DNA of 47,426 nucleotides from IMG/VR virus record IMGVR_UViG_3300032024_000059, positions 1 to 47,426 of that record; one strand, 5' to 3'. The stretch comes from a virus (lineage: Duplodnaviria; Caudoviricetes). Position numbers and translations under genes: made by a program. The notes under the pieces were generated by a model that was given only the letters and a program-made list of their open reading frames with translations, was not told the DNA's origin and ran no database searches. Below are positions 24,929 to 33,653 of this stretch, one piece after another (the first letter of the stretch is position 1; the number at the start of each line of letters is the position of its first letter).

Positions 24929-26881
24929 TCACTTCCCCTTGGGAGGGAACCCGCCAGCCTTCGGGGGACCCTTGGGGGGACCACCACTCGGCGGACCGTC
25001 CTCGCCCGGGGGAGGACTGTCACCACCACCGACCTGCCCGAAGCTGCCACCCACGTTCGCCCGCGTGGCGAGGAGGTCAGTCAGCTTCATCTGGTCAGTG
25101 GTCATGAAGGCGTCATTGATTCGCTTGTTCTTGTACGCCATCTCAACAAGCTCTACGTCGTTGAGGTCCGGCTCCTTCCGGCGCATGATGTCGATGATGC
25201 TGACTGCGTTGTACTTGAGCTCGATGGCGTCAGTACGGGCCTGCGTCTGGGGGTCCTCCTCGAACGTGGGCTCACTGAAGTCCACCTCCAGCTCCGCCAC
25301 CGGGTCGAGCTTCCCAATCGCAGGCATCGGGTACTCCTCCAGCGTCTTGGCGATGTTCTGGTAGAGGTCCTGCTCCGCCTTGGTGAAGAACTTGCGCCGG
25401 CGAGTGGACTCCCTGAGCACCTTGTCTTGGTCGAGCTTCTTGGCGAACCCGGACTCCGGGTGTCCCTCAGCCTTGTACGTCGCCGCGTTGATGCCGTACG
25501 TGGCAGCGAGCGAGACCTCCCGCTCCTTCCACATGTCGGTGAAGGCTTCCAGATTCGGTTGGAGGTCGAGCACGCCTGCGGTGTTCTCCTCGCCCAGCAT
25601 GATGGGGATGGGACCACCCATCACGGCGTCTTGGTCCACGCCCGCCGAGTCGCCAGTGATGAACACTTGCTTGAACGCGCTGTCTTTGGTCCGGCTGTTC
25701 TGCAGGGTCTTGAGCAGGTTGAGCTCAAGCGTCGCCTCCTTGAGGTCGTCCCCGATGTTGTCCACGAAGTAGCCATTGCGTGGGAACTGAATGCGGAACG
25801 GGGTGATTGGAAGCCGGTCCATCCCGTGCGGCTCAGTGGAGATGAGCTTCCATTCAGTGTCGAACTTGATGTAGTCGTGCCGGCTCCAGAAGTGGATGAC
25901 CCGCACCATCTTCCCCAGCTTGGAGTTGAACTCCTCGCCGAAGTAGTAGAATGCCATCGCCTCGCTGGGCATGGTCGGGTCGAGCACCACGTCAGCACAG
26001 TCGGGCGTGTAGATTTGGAACGTGAGCTTGGCCGTGCTCGCGTCGTTCTCCACCTCCGGCTTCTCATCGGTGGGCTTGGTCTTCTCGTACGTCACGATGG
26101 GCCGCACCCAGACAACCGGGCAGACCATGCACAGCTTCTCCACCGTGTCCAAGAGGACATCGAGGTCATACGCCTTCTGCAGCTTGTCGAACGGCGTCTG
26201 CTCCGTCTCATCCTTCGCCCCCGACAACTCCAGCACATCCGCCAGGGCATCGATGTCGGGGTCACCCGTCTGCGGTCCATCCGGGTTGGTGGGCTCGGGC
26301 TTCTCCTTGTCGCCGGGAACCGGGGCGCTGGGGGTCTTCCCCTTGGTGGGGTCCGCCGCCTTCTGCTGCTCCTTGAGGGGAGACGCCTTGCCGGGTGGGA
26401 GCGCCTTCTTCTGTCCCGGCTTGTCCGTCGCTGACCCTTCGGTCTGCGTGACCTGCTTCTCTTTCTCCTTGAGAGTCCGCTTGGCAGGGTTCTGGTAGAG
26501 GATGGACACGTCATTGATGACACGCAGCATCACGTTCGAGCTCGTGTGCCGTACCCAGTACATGCGGGCGAAGTTCTCAGGGTGGAAGGCGAGCCGGAGC
26601 TTGAGGTCAAGCTGTGGCGCAATCTCACCATCGAAGATGGCCAGCTTGTCCTTGGTCGCAGCGACGCGGGACTTGATGACCGGGTCATCGATGCGAGCAC
26701 GAGCGAGCTTCTGCGCCATCTGCTGAAGCGCCTGACCCTGCACTCCGGCGAGCGGCGTGATGATGATTTGCGAACCACCTCCCCCAGAGAACACGCTCCG
26801 AAGCCAATCGAAGATACGCCGGAAACCCTTGACCCCGCCCGGGTCGTTGCCCTCTGACGGTCCGCCGATGATGGTGCTCAT
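24929..26881 (-). CDS. portal protein
   Basis: about 650 aa directly after TerL (ATGA overlap); ESGFAK and EVDFSEP motifs of SPP1-like portals. Confidence 0.85.
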   Translation of the reverse strand: MSTIIGGPSEGNDPGGVKGFRRIFDWLRSVFSGGGGSQIIITPLAGVQGQALQQMAQKLARARIDDPVIKSRVAATKDKLAIFDGEIAPQLDLKLRLAFHPENFARMYWVRHTSSNVMLRVINDVSILYQNPAKRTLKEKEKQVTQTEGSATDKPGQKKALPPGKASPLKEQQKAADPTKGKTPSAPVPGDKEKPEPTNPDGPQTGDPDIDALADVLELSGAKDETEQTPFDKLQKAYDLDVLLDTVEKLCMVCPVVWVRPIVTYEKTKPTDEKPEVENDASTAKLTFQIYTPDCADVVLDPTMPSEAMAFYYFGEEFNSKLGKMVRVIHFWSRHDYIKFDTEWKLISTEPHGMDRLPITPFRIQFPRNGYFVDNIGDDLKEATLELNLLKTLQNSRTKDSAFKQVFITGDSAGVDQDAVMGGPIPIMLGEENTAGVLDLQPNLEAFTDMWKEREVSLAATYGINAATYKAEGHPESGFAKKLDQDKVLRESTRRRKFFTKAEQDLYQNIAKTLEEYPMPAIGKLDPVAELEVDFSEPTFEEDPQTQARTDAIELKYNAVSIIDIMRRKEPDLNDVELVEMAYKNKRINDAFMTTDQMKLTDLLATRANVGGSFGQVGGGDSPPPGEDGPPSGGPPKGPPKAGGFPPKGK

Positions 26882-28248
26882 GCTGCCTTCCTTCCTGTGG
26901 AGTTGGACTGCCGAAGCGGGAACTTGCGCCAGCACTTGTAGCCGAGCGCGTCATTGAGATGGTCAAAGCCCTGCGTCTTGTCAGGGGCCGGAGGGTCAGA
27001 GTCAGGCGCCCAAATCTGCTTCTCCAACGAGTCAGCGAGCTCGGGTGCTCCAGCGCAGTCAACGAACAGACGAGGGTGCTTGCTGTACATCGGCGCCAGC
27101 AGGCCATTCACGCAGTTGACCCGGTCCTTGACCATGGGGTTGCGGGGTGGCGCGCTGACTGTGTACTTGGCGTCCCGGAGGATTCGGAAGTCTGACTTGC
27201 CTGACGTTGAGCGAGCACCACCCGCTGCGTCTGGGAAGAACGTGACGTTGGCCTTGGGGATGCGGTGCTGGGAGATGAAGGCGTCCACGAACCTCGCCAG
27301 CGCGGGCGTGTCACTGTTCGGCTCCTTGCGGGAGAAGAACACGTGCGACCCCTCGGCCCCATCGGGCGTGGTGAAGGGCTGAGCGAACACGGACGCCATC
27401 GGGTCCACGTTGAAGTCCTGCCCAATCCACAGTTCACGCTTCGGGTCGATGACCCATCGGCGGTTGTGCTTGGCTCTGGTGAACGAGTGGTACACGAGGC
27501 CGCGCCCACGGATGAACCGCGCGCCTACCTCCTGAGCGTGCGTCTTGGAGTCGAAGCGGTCAGCGAGACGGATGATACCCTCACGCTTGATGTACGTGTT
27601 TTCGGTGCTCTCCCAATGCACCACACGAATACGCTTGTCCCCTCGTCTCGCTTCCTCGTACAGCTCATACACCCAGTTGAACCCGCTCGGCGTGGTCGTA
27701 ATCCAGCACGGTCCGTTCGAGTCAGCGAGGCGTCCTTGGATGACCTCCCACGCGTAAGAGGCGATGTACGCGCCCTCATCAATCCAAGCACTGAGCGCCT
27801 TGATGCCACGAATCTTGTCCGGGTCGTGCATCGACACGACCTTGATACGCGTGACCCCGCCGTCCTGTGCCGCGAGGATGAACGTACGCTCAGAGCGCAC
27901 GTACCTGATGAGCGGGCAGATTGGGAAGATGGCCTTGTCATAGAGGAGCTTAAATACCTTCTCCACCGGGACGCGGCTCATCTGGTACGTGGGCGAGCAC
28001 ACCAAGTGGCACTCATCCTCTGAGCACGGATGAGTCATGGCGTTGATGATGCACTTGAGCGCCCCTACGTGAGTCTTCCCTCCACGGATGCCTGCGATAG
28101 CGAGGGTGATGTCTGCCTCACTGAGGAAGACCCGGAGCTGCTTGCGAGTGAGACTGATGGCGGCTTGGTGACCCTCTTCGGTCAACCGTTCGAGCTCAGC
28201 GTCAGCCCATACGGCCTGCTCCGCTTCAGTGGAGAGGAGCTCACTCAT
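26878..28248 (-). CDS. terL: terminase large subunit
   Basis: AGIRGGKT Walker A, WIDEG Walker B, TTTP, GQDFN nuclease Asp, DHLNDALGY. Confidence 0.95.
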   Translation of the reverse strand: MSELLSTEAEQAVWADAELERLTEEGHQAAISLTRKQLRVFLSEADITLAIAGIRGGKTHVGALKCIINAMTHPCSEDECHLVCSPTYQMSRVPVEKVFKLLYDKAIFPICPLIRYVRSERTFILAAQDGGVTRIKVVSMHDPDKIRGIKALSAWIDEGAYIASYAWEVIQGRLADSNGPCWITTTPSGFNWVYELYEEARRGDKRIRVVHWESTENTYIKREGIIRLADRFDSKTHAQEVGARFIRGRGLVYHSFTRAKHNRRWVIDPKRELWIGQDFNVDPMASVFAQPFTTPDGAEGSHVFFSRKEPNSDTPALARFVDAFISQHRIPKANVTFFPDAAGGARSTSGKSDFRILRDAKYTVSAPPRNPMVKDRVNCVNGLLAPMYSKHPRLFVDCAGAPELADSLEKQIWAPDSDPPAPDKTQGFDHLNDALGYKCWRKFPLRQSNSTGRKAA

Positions 28249-28867
28249 CCTCATCGTACCCACTGCTACGCTTCGGTGGTTCGGCCTTAGGCGTGAGGAC
28301 ACCCATCGGCTCTTCGTCATCCTGTGGAGCGTCCTCCGTCAGGTTGGGGACCTCGTCAGTGTCTTCGGCCTTCGCTCCATCACTGACCTTGATGGTGAAC
28401 GTCAGGTGCCCGCCGATGTCTCCACCCGGCTTGATTTCCTGTTGCGACTTGGCCAGCGCGCGAACGGTGAGCAGCGCCTGCTGGTACAGGTTGTCAACGC
28501 TGATTCCTCCGGTGGCGCCGATTGAGATTTCGTTGATGCCCTCGCTGAGCAACGTGGCGTACCGGATGACTTGGTTGCGCGCGACGGCGAGCTCATTGCT
28601 CAGGTCCGTGGTCTGGGGAACTGCGTAGAAGACCTCCGGCGGAATCCCAAGCTTCTCCATGCAGGCGCCGATGGTCGAGAGGTACACGCCATGCTTGAGC
28701 GCGTTGTGACGCTGAGCCGCTTTCCCCTCCGGCGACTTAGCCCCGGTCGATGCTCCACCGTGTGCTTGGCAGCGGGTCTTCCCCGTCATCGCAATGCGTT
28801 CACACAGTTCACCTGCCGGGCGTCCCCGAAGTTGCGCTCCACACTTGGGTCGCTGCTGGGTCGGCAT
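28241..28867 (-). CDS. terS: terminase small subunit (HGGxSTG type)
   Basis: CGA...C...RCQAHGGASTGAKSPEGK...NALKHG; directly upstream of TerL. Confidence 0.8.
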   Translation of the reverse strand: MPTQQRPKCGAQLRGRPAGELCERIAMTGKTRCQAHGGASTGAKSPEGKAAQRHNALKHGVYLSTIGACMEKLGIPPEVFYAVPQTTDLSNELAVARNQVIRYATLLSEGINEISIGATGGISVDNLYQQALLTVRALAKSQQEIKPGGDIGGHLTFTIKVSDGAKAEDTDEVPNLTEDAPQDDEEPMGVLTPKAEPPKRSSGYDEDE

Positions 28868-28965
28868 GAAGGGTATGTTCCTGACGGAGCACCCTTGTAC
28901 GGGGGTATCACTCGCCTCGTCCACCCTTCACATCCGCTAGGGGACCTTTCCCAATTCACGCTTCA

Positions 28966-29090
28966 AATAAAATCTCCTTCTACCACCACCCGGAGGGACC
29001 CCGTACACACGAGAAGACAGAAAGACCCTTTTTCTATTCTCCTGTACGTGACCTGTGTGTAACTGATGGTAGAAGGTGATTTTATTAGAC
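28966..29090. repeat. inverted-repeat element, copy B
   Basis: AATAAAATCTCCTTCTACCACCA (28966-28988) ... TGATGGTAGAAGGTGATTTTATT (29064-29086); same orientation as copy A. Confidence 0.85.
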
Positions 29091-29273
29091 ATTTCTAAGT
29101 ATTCCGAGGACTTGGATTTTAGACACGCCGAATCAGTCAGCGAACCCTCCCAGTGTTCCTGATGAAATCCTAAAAAGAGGAGTGGGCATGTTTCACGTGG
29201 CGGTGCGTAACATACATCACTTTTCGGCGCTTTCGGCCTTGCGTCCCACCCATCACCGCCTTACTGTACCCTC

Positions 29274-29477
29274 ATGAGCAACGACGCCGGTGTGGAAGAG
29301 ACCCTCAAGTACCTCGCCGAGATGAAGGCGAAGGAGGTCACCTCACCCCTCTCGGCAGAGGCGCTCGCTCTCCTCGACGAGGATGACGCTGGGAGTCTGC
29401 CCCCACCCCAGTGGTCACCACGGTGGAGGGTCACCTCCACGTGCTTGGGCATCCTCGCACGCTTGGACTCGTCGTGA
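29274..29477 (+). CDS. hypothetical protein
   Basis: isolated plus-strand ORF with genome-typical codons in its 5' half; competes with minus ORF 29261-29491. Confidence 0.35.
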   Translation: MSNDAGVEETLKYLAEMKAKEVTSPLSAEALALLDEDDAGSLPPPQWSPRWRVTSTCLGILARLDSS

Positions 29478-29499
29478 CACTCCCAATCCACCTCTTGGG

Positions 29500-29982
29500 T
29501 TAGACGCCGTCCATGTAGAGGAGGTGCCGAACCCTCTGGCAGGTCTCCTCACCAGCGAAGAGCATGTCCATGTGAATCCACCTCGCCGGCTGAGGGAGGT
29601 GGAGGATGTGGAGACGCCGTTCCATCCCGAGCACCCGCGCGGTTGCATCCCGGCAGCAGTCGAGGACGGCGGGGCAGGGGAAGCTCGCCACGGCGTCGTT
29701 GGTCTTGAAGTACACGAGCACCCCAGCGTTCGCCCCCGCCTCCTCCAGTTGGCGGAGGGTGTGCTGCTGGAGCTTGGTGACCGTGGAGGGGTCCCACTCA
29801 AGTCCGTCACACGCCTTGAGCTCAAAGAACCCCACACGACCGCTGAGCACGAACTCGCAGTCCACGAGACCAGAGGAAAAGGCGTTCCCGTGGTTCTTCT
29901 GGATGTATGAGCGCCGCCCGAATGCCCCCTTGACACCCTCGCAGAACTTCTTGCGGAACTTGTTCTCAGGTCCCGAGCTCAT
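29500..29982 (-). CDS. PD-(D/E)xK nuclease (VRR-NUC/Holliday junction resolvase-like)
   Basis: ENKF...GLVD...FFELK...VTKLQ..L....G motif order. Confidence 0.8.
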   Translation of the reverse strand: MSSGPENKFRKKFCEGVKGAFGRRSYIQKNHGNAFSSGLVDCEFVLSGRVGFFELKACDGLEWDPSTVTKLQQHTLRQLEEAGANAGVLVYFKTNDAVASFPCPAVLDCCRDATARVLGMERRLHILHLPQPARWIHMDMLFAGEETCQRVRHLLYMDGV

Positions 29983-30407
29983 GGGTGGTGCTCCGTAATG
30001 GAGAAGCCCAACGCGCTCTCCCCACGCTCGAAGGAGATGGCCATGGGGATGAGCCACCTCACGTTGGGGACAACGGTGAGAGCAGGAAGGGTGGGAACAG
30101 TGAAGATGCTCACAAGCTCATCTGTCTTGGACTCGATGGCGTGAAGCATGAGTCCCTTGGACTTGAAGAAGGAGACCACCCACCCCGGACCATTGAGCGT
30201 AGCGAAGGGAATCCAATCCTTCACGATGACGCCCGCCTCCTCGTGGAACTCTCGCTCCATCGCTTCGAGCGGAGTCTCACCGGGCTCAACCTTGCCACCA
30301 ACGGCGTTGAGCTTATCTACAATGGTCTTGGGTCCCCTCCGCTTACGAATGAGCACCACGAGGGAGTGTTGAGCGTTGAACAGGAACCCAGCGACGTAGT
30401 GAATCAC
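29979..30407 (-). CDS. Nudix hydrolase
   Basis: Nudix box GGKVEPGETPLEAMEREFHEEAG. Confidence 0.92.
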   Translation of the reverse strand: MIHYVAGFLFNAQHSLVVLIRKRRGPKTIVDKLNAVGGKVEPGETPLEAMEREFHEEAGVIVKDWIPFATLNGPGWVVSFFKSKGLMLHAIESKTDELVSIFTVPTLPALTVVPNVRWLIPMAISFERGESALGFSITEHHP

Positions 30408-30814
30408 AGGAGACCTCCTTGGACGATGATGGTGTGGCGGAAGCCCTTGAGGTCCACCCTGAACCCCGGGACGCCCCTCTGCTGGCACTGCTGGACCATG
30501 TTGAGGGTCCCTGTGCTCTTCGTGAGGTCGTTGTGGAAGGCGATGAACCGGGTGGGGTGCCCTTCATCGAGCATCTGTGTGTTGCGGATGGGACCGGCGC
30601 CCTTCCCGTAGCGGGTCCAGTCAGCTGGGAAGCGAACCACCTTGAGACCGAGCGCCTCTGCTGCCTTCCTCGCGAGGATGTCAGCGCCCTCGGCCTCACC
30701 CTCGATGATGACGGCGTCAGGGTTCCCACGAGTCTCCTGACGGAGCACGTTGTGGATGAGGACGTAGTGGCGCCACCGCCTATCCCCCGTGACAAGGATG
30801 CGGTCGTGACTCAC
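30404..30814 (-). CDS. SLOG-family (DUF2493/YspA-like) protein
   Basis: ILVTGDR, EGEAEGAD, PADW..YGK.AGPIRN.QM, STGT..M. Confidence 0.88.
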   Translation of the reverse strand: MSHDRILVTGDRRWRHYVLIHNVLRQETRGNPDAVIIEGEAEGADILARKAAEALGLKVVRFPADWTRYGKGAGPIRNTQMLDEGHPTRFIAFHNDLTKSTGTLNMVQQCQQRGVPGFRVDLKGFRHTIIVQGGLL

Positions 30815-31083
30815 GGACCCCGCCTCCACGCCCACCCGTTGACGGCGGCGAGGTGGTAGCAGCGGGAGCACCGACACTCATCAGAGTGGTAGTACCGCAC
30901 GAGCCAGTCACGCACCCACCCCCACGGCTTGGGAGGGGGAGGAGCGGTGTACTCTTGACGGCGACTCACAACGCCCTCCACAGCCAGCCAGTGACAGCGA
31001 TGGTGATGGAGCGGGCGCCGATGACAGCGAGGATGACCAACAACACCATCGCCGCCAGCTTCCTCCCACGTGGTGCGCTTCAC
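30811..31083 (-). CDS. small hypothetical protein(s)
   Basis: fills the operon; CRCSRC motif; start uncertain, may be two short genes. Confidence 0.35.
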   Translation of the reverse strand: MKRTTWEEAGGDGVVGHPRCHRRPLHHHRCHWLAVEGVVSRRQEYTAPPPPKPWGWVRDWLVRYYHSDECRCSRCYHLAAVNGWAWRRGP

Positions 31084-31595
31084 GCGACACCAACGAGGAG
31101 GTCACCACTGTCCACGAGGTGAGCGTGGCGAGTGAGCCAGTGACGGGTGCCCAACTGGAAGAGGCGCTTGGACCCCGGACCGTCGCTCAGCATCCCACCA
31201 CACATGGTGAAGGCGAGGAAGTCAGTCAGGGACGCCACGAGGGTGTCTGTGAGCGAGGGATGCCACAGGTGGAGCACCACGTCAGCCGGCGTGAGCAGGT
31301 GGAGGGGGTTCTCCGTGGTGCCGAGCGTGCGGTCCATGTCCGGGGGCTGGCACTCGGGGTTGAGGGCGCGGACCAAGACCTCCCAGCGAGCCTCGGGGAA
31401 CTGACGGTGAGGGGCGCTCATCCCGGGGATGTCCCGAAGGTGGCACGAGCTGATGACGTAGTGGTGCCACGGGGTGAAGTCGTGGCTCTGATGGATGAGG
31501 AGCGTTCGAATGACTGCCGGACGCCCCGCGTGGGTCTCATATGACGCCCTCCACGCAACCCCGCCCTTGCCTCGGATGTCTGGGTTGCGCTTCAT
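31080..31595 (-). CDS. hypothetical protein
   Basis: coupled ORF in the minus-strand operon. Confidence 0.55.
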   Translation of the reverse strand: MKRNPDIRGKGGVAWRASYETHAGRPAVIRTLLIHQSHDFTPWHHYVISSCHLRDIPGMSAPHRQFPEARWEVLVRALNPECQPPDMDRTLGTTENPLHLLTPADVVLHLWHPSLTDTLVASLTDFLAFTMCGGMLSDGPGSKRLFQLGTRHWLTRHAHLVDSGDLLVGVA

Positions 31596-31747
31596 CGGAG
31601 CCCCATGATGTACTGCGCCATGGCGAACACGGCGTCATCAGAGACCATGACGCACCTTCCCTCCACGAGACACTTGGCGGCGAACAGTGCCTTCTGTTCG
31701 ATGGTCTCTGGCGTGGGAAGAACCACGGGTCGGGTCTGGTCAGTCAT
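31592..31747 (-). CDS. small hypothetical protein (MTDQTRPVVLPTPETIEQKALF...)
   Basis: ATGA overlaps at both ends; below the ORF-track size cutoff. Confidence 0.5.
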   Translation of the reverse strand: MTDQTRPVVLPTPETIEQKALFAAKCLVEGRCVMVSDDAVFAMAQYIMGLR

Positions 31748-32214
31748 CGGGGTGCCTTCTTTCCGGGTGCTACGTTGTCATCCGGCTGACAGCGCCGGCA
31801 AATCGGGTGGATGTTGGTGTCACGACAGGTGGGGCAGAGAGTGCTTCCACAGTTGGCGCAGGAGACATCCTCCCCCAGTGGAGTCACCGCTCTACACGCA
31901 TCACATTTGACCCCTACCGTGAGGGGTCGAACACGTGCGAAATGACCGTACAGAGTCCCCACGGGGGACCCATGAGGGAAGCTGGGGGACCCATCCACCC
32001 ATCCGTGGAAGGTGAACCCCGCTTGATGGCACCTGACCAACTTCCCAAGGGTCGCCGCCGCCCACTTCGCCTTGGCGTTCATGTCGGCGAGGACGCTAGT
32101 GCCCTTGGTGTAGTGGGGACGAGGTGGAGCCCTGAGCAGGTAGAGGTCGCCGGGACTGTTCGCGCTGAAGCGCGCCCGGAGGAAGCGGTGGTCATCTGAG
32201 CGGAGGGTGGTCAT
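31744..32214 (-). CDS. hypothetical protein with C-terminal zinc finger
   Basis: CxxC...CxxC...CxxC...CxxC. Confidence 0.55.
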   Translation of the reverse strand: MTTLRSDDHRFLRARFSANSPGDLYLLRAPPRPHYTKGTSVLADMNAKAKWAAATLGKLVRCHQAGFTFHGWVDGSPSFPHGSPVGTLYGHFARVRPLTVGVKCDACRAVTPLGEDVSCANCGSTLCPTCRDTNIHPICRRCQPDDNVAPGKKAPR

Positions 32215-32570
32215 CGGCGAGCTCGTTGGATGTTCTGCTGGATTCGGGTGTACACATCAGAGCCGTGCTTGGGGTCGTACAGGACAGGAGCAGGCGAGGA
32301 GTAGGGGACGGTCTCTCGGCGGATGCGAGCGTGGAGGTCTGCGGGCCACTTGTTGAGCACCTCCAAGAGCGTCCACAACACTCCACGCCTCACCTCAACC
32401 CCCGCCTCCTCCCGAGCCTCATCCCTCACGTATCGCGCGTAGCAGAGCTCACAGAGGGTGTAGGGGCGCTTCCCCTCACGACCCTTGGCGACCCAATGCC
32501 AGCGCGGCTCGCGGTCAGCGAGGTCACGCTGGCAATCAGAGCACCAAGTGAGGTGAGGGTATCCAATCAC
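32211..32570 (-). CDS. hypothetical Zn-finger protein
   Basis: CSDC...LCELC; coupled overlaps. Confidence 0.55.
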   Translation of the reverse strand: MIGYPHLTWCSDCQRDLADREPRWHWVAKGREGKRPYTLCELCYARYVRDEAREEAGVEVRRGVLWTLLEVLNKWPADLHARIRRETVPYSSPAPVLYDPKHGSDVYTRIQQNIQRARR

Positions 32571-33169
32571 AGCTGCTTGCCACCGTGGCGGAAGGGCCGG
32601 GACTTGTTGTACTCGTGTTTCAACCGCATGACCTCGATGAACTTGCCGGTGGCCTTGATGCTCTCCGTGTAGTCGAGGATGCGGATGACCACGTCAGCGA
32701 ACTCACTGAGCACGCCCTCTGGCTTGGACGGTTCGCGCTCGTACCCAATGGCGGGTTCCTTCAAGCTGAACAGCCGGTCCCTGAACTCGCCCGGGGCACG
32801 GAACGCTTCGAGCGCCTCACTCACCTCGCTGTGGATGAGGGCAACGTAGTCGCCGAAGGTCTTCTCCTTGTCGTGCCACCCGTGGGCGACGGAGTTGGCG
32901 TGGCACTCCACCGCGAAGGGCTGGAGGATGAGACCCTCCTCCATGGCGGACACGAGCTCGCCGGCCTCCAAGAGGCTGCGCTCCTTGACCACGGCGTCCG
33001 CCTCCAGATTGGCGAGCTTGAACCCCTGCTCTGTGACCTTGAGGTTGAGGTTGTTGAGCGCCCCATCGCTGAGTATGGCGTAGTCCAGCGCCTTCTTCAG
33101 CAACTCCGTCTGATTGCCGAAGGTGGGGTTGGCGAGAAGACCTCTGAGGGTGTCGGTGAGCAGTGACAT
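32567..33169 (-). CDS. MazG-like nucleotide pyrophosphohydrolase
   Basis: ALIHSEVSEALEA...EFADVVIRILD...K..YN..R...HGGK. Confidence 0.88.
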   Translation of the reverse strand: MSLLTDTLRGLLANPTFGNQTELLKKALDYAILSDGALNNLNLKVTEQGFKLANLEADAVVKERSLLEAGELVSAMEEGLILQPFAVECHANSVAHGWHDKEKTFGDYVALIHSEVSEALEAFRAPGEFRDRLFSLKEPAIGYEREPSKPEGVLSEFADVVIRILDYTESIKATGKFIEVMRLKHEYNKSRPFRHGGKQL

Positions 33170-33176
33170 GGTGGTG

Positions 33177-33653
33177 TTACTCCTTGGGGAAGATGTAGCC
33201 GTCACCCATGCAGGTGTGACAGACGTGGTTGTGGGGACCGATGCCGCGGCAGGAGGAGCAGTACGTGATGCCCCTCCCGTCGCAAGCGGAGCAGCGGTTC
33301 TTCTCCGTCCGCTGCTTCGTGACGGCGTGGTGCTTGGCGGAGTGAACCGCTTGCGGTGAGACGTTGAGTTCAGCGGCGATGGCGGACACGGTCTTGCCCT
33401 CCTTGAGTTGAGTGATGACGTGATGCTGACGAGGTGAAAGCTCCTTCACCCGTGGACGGCCCGGGGGGAGGCGGTTGAGCTTCTTCTTCTTGCGACGCTT
33501 ACGGAGGGTCCCGAGGGCAATCCCCAGATGCTTCCCGAGGCGGGCGACATCACCGGGTGAGTTGGCGATGGTGAGCCACGTGTCCACGAACTTCCACTTG
33601 ATGGACCCGTCCGCTTCACGCACGTCCTCGGGTTTGAGGTTGGGCAGCTTCAA
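33177..33653 (-). CDS. HTH DNA-binding protein with CxxCxGxG zinc finger
   Basis: LSPRQ...GKTVSAIAAELNVSPQAV (LuxR/sigma-region-4-like HTH); three CxxCxGxG repeats. Confidence 0.75.
   Translation of the reverse strand: MKLPNLKPEDVREADGSIKWKFVDTWLTIANSPGDVARLGKHLGIALGTLRKRRKKKKLNRLPPGRPRVKELSPRQHHVITQLKEGKTVSAIAAELNVSPQAVHSAKHHAVTKQRTEKNRCSACDGRGITYCSSCRGIGPHNHVCHTCMGDGYIFPKE

Noticed and set aside
24323-26434. 703-aa plus-strand ORF (and similar ones at 392-1432, 3085-4269, 15166-16494, 34609-35562)
   Set aside because: Antisense shadows of high-GC3 minus-strand genes; L/V/G/H/R-rich with no motifs or RBS.
29261-29491. Minus-strand 76-aa ORF after the nuclease
   Set aside because: Its S/R-rich C-terminal half looks like the antisense of the plus ORF 29274-29477; cannot be decided from sequence alone.
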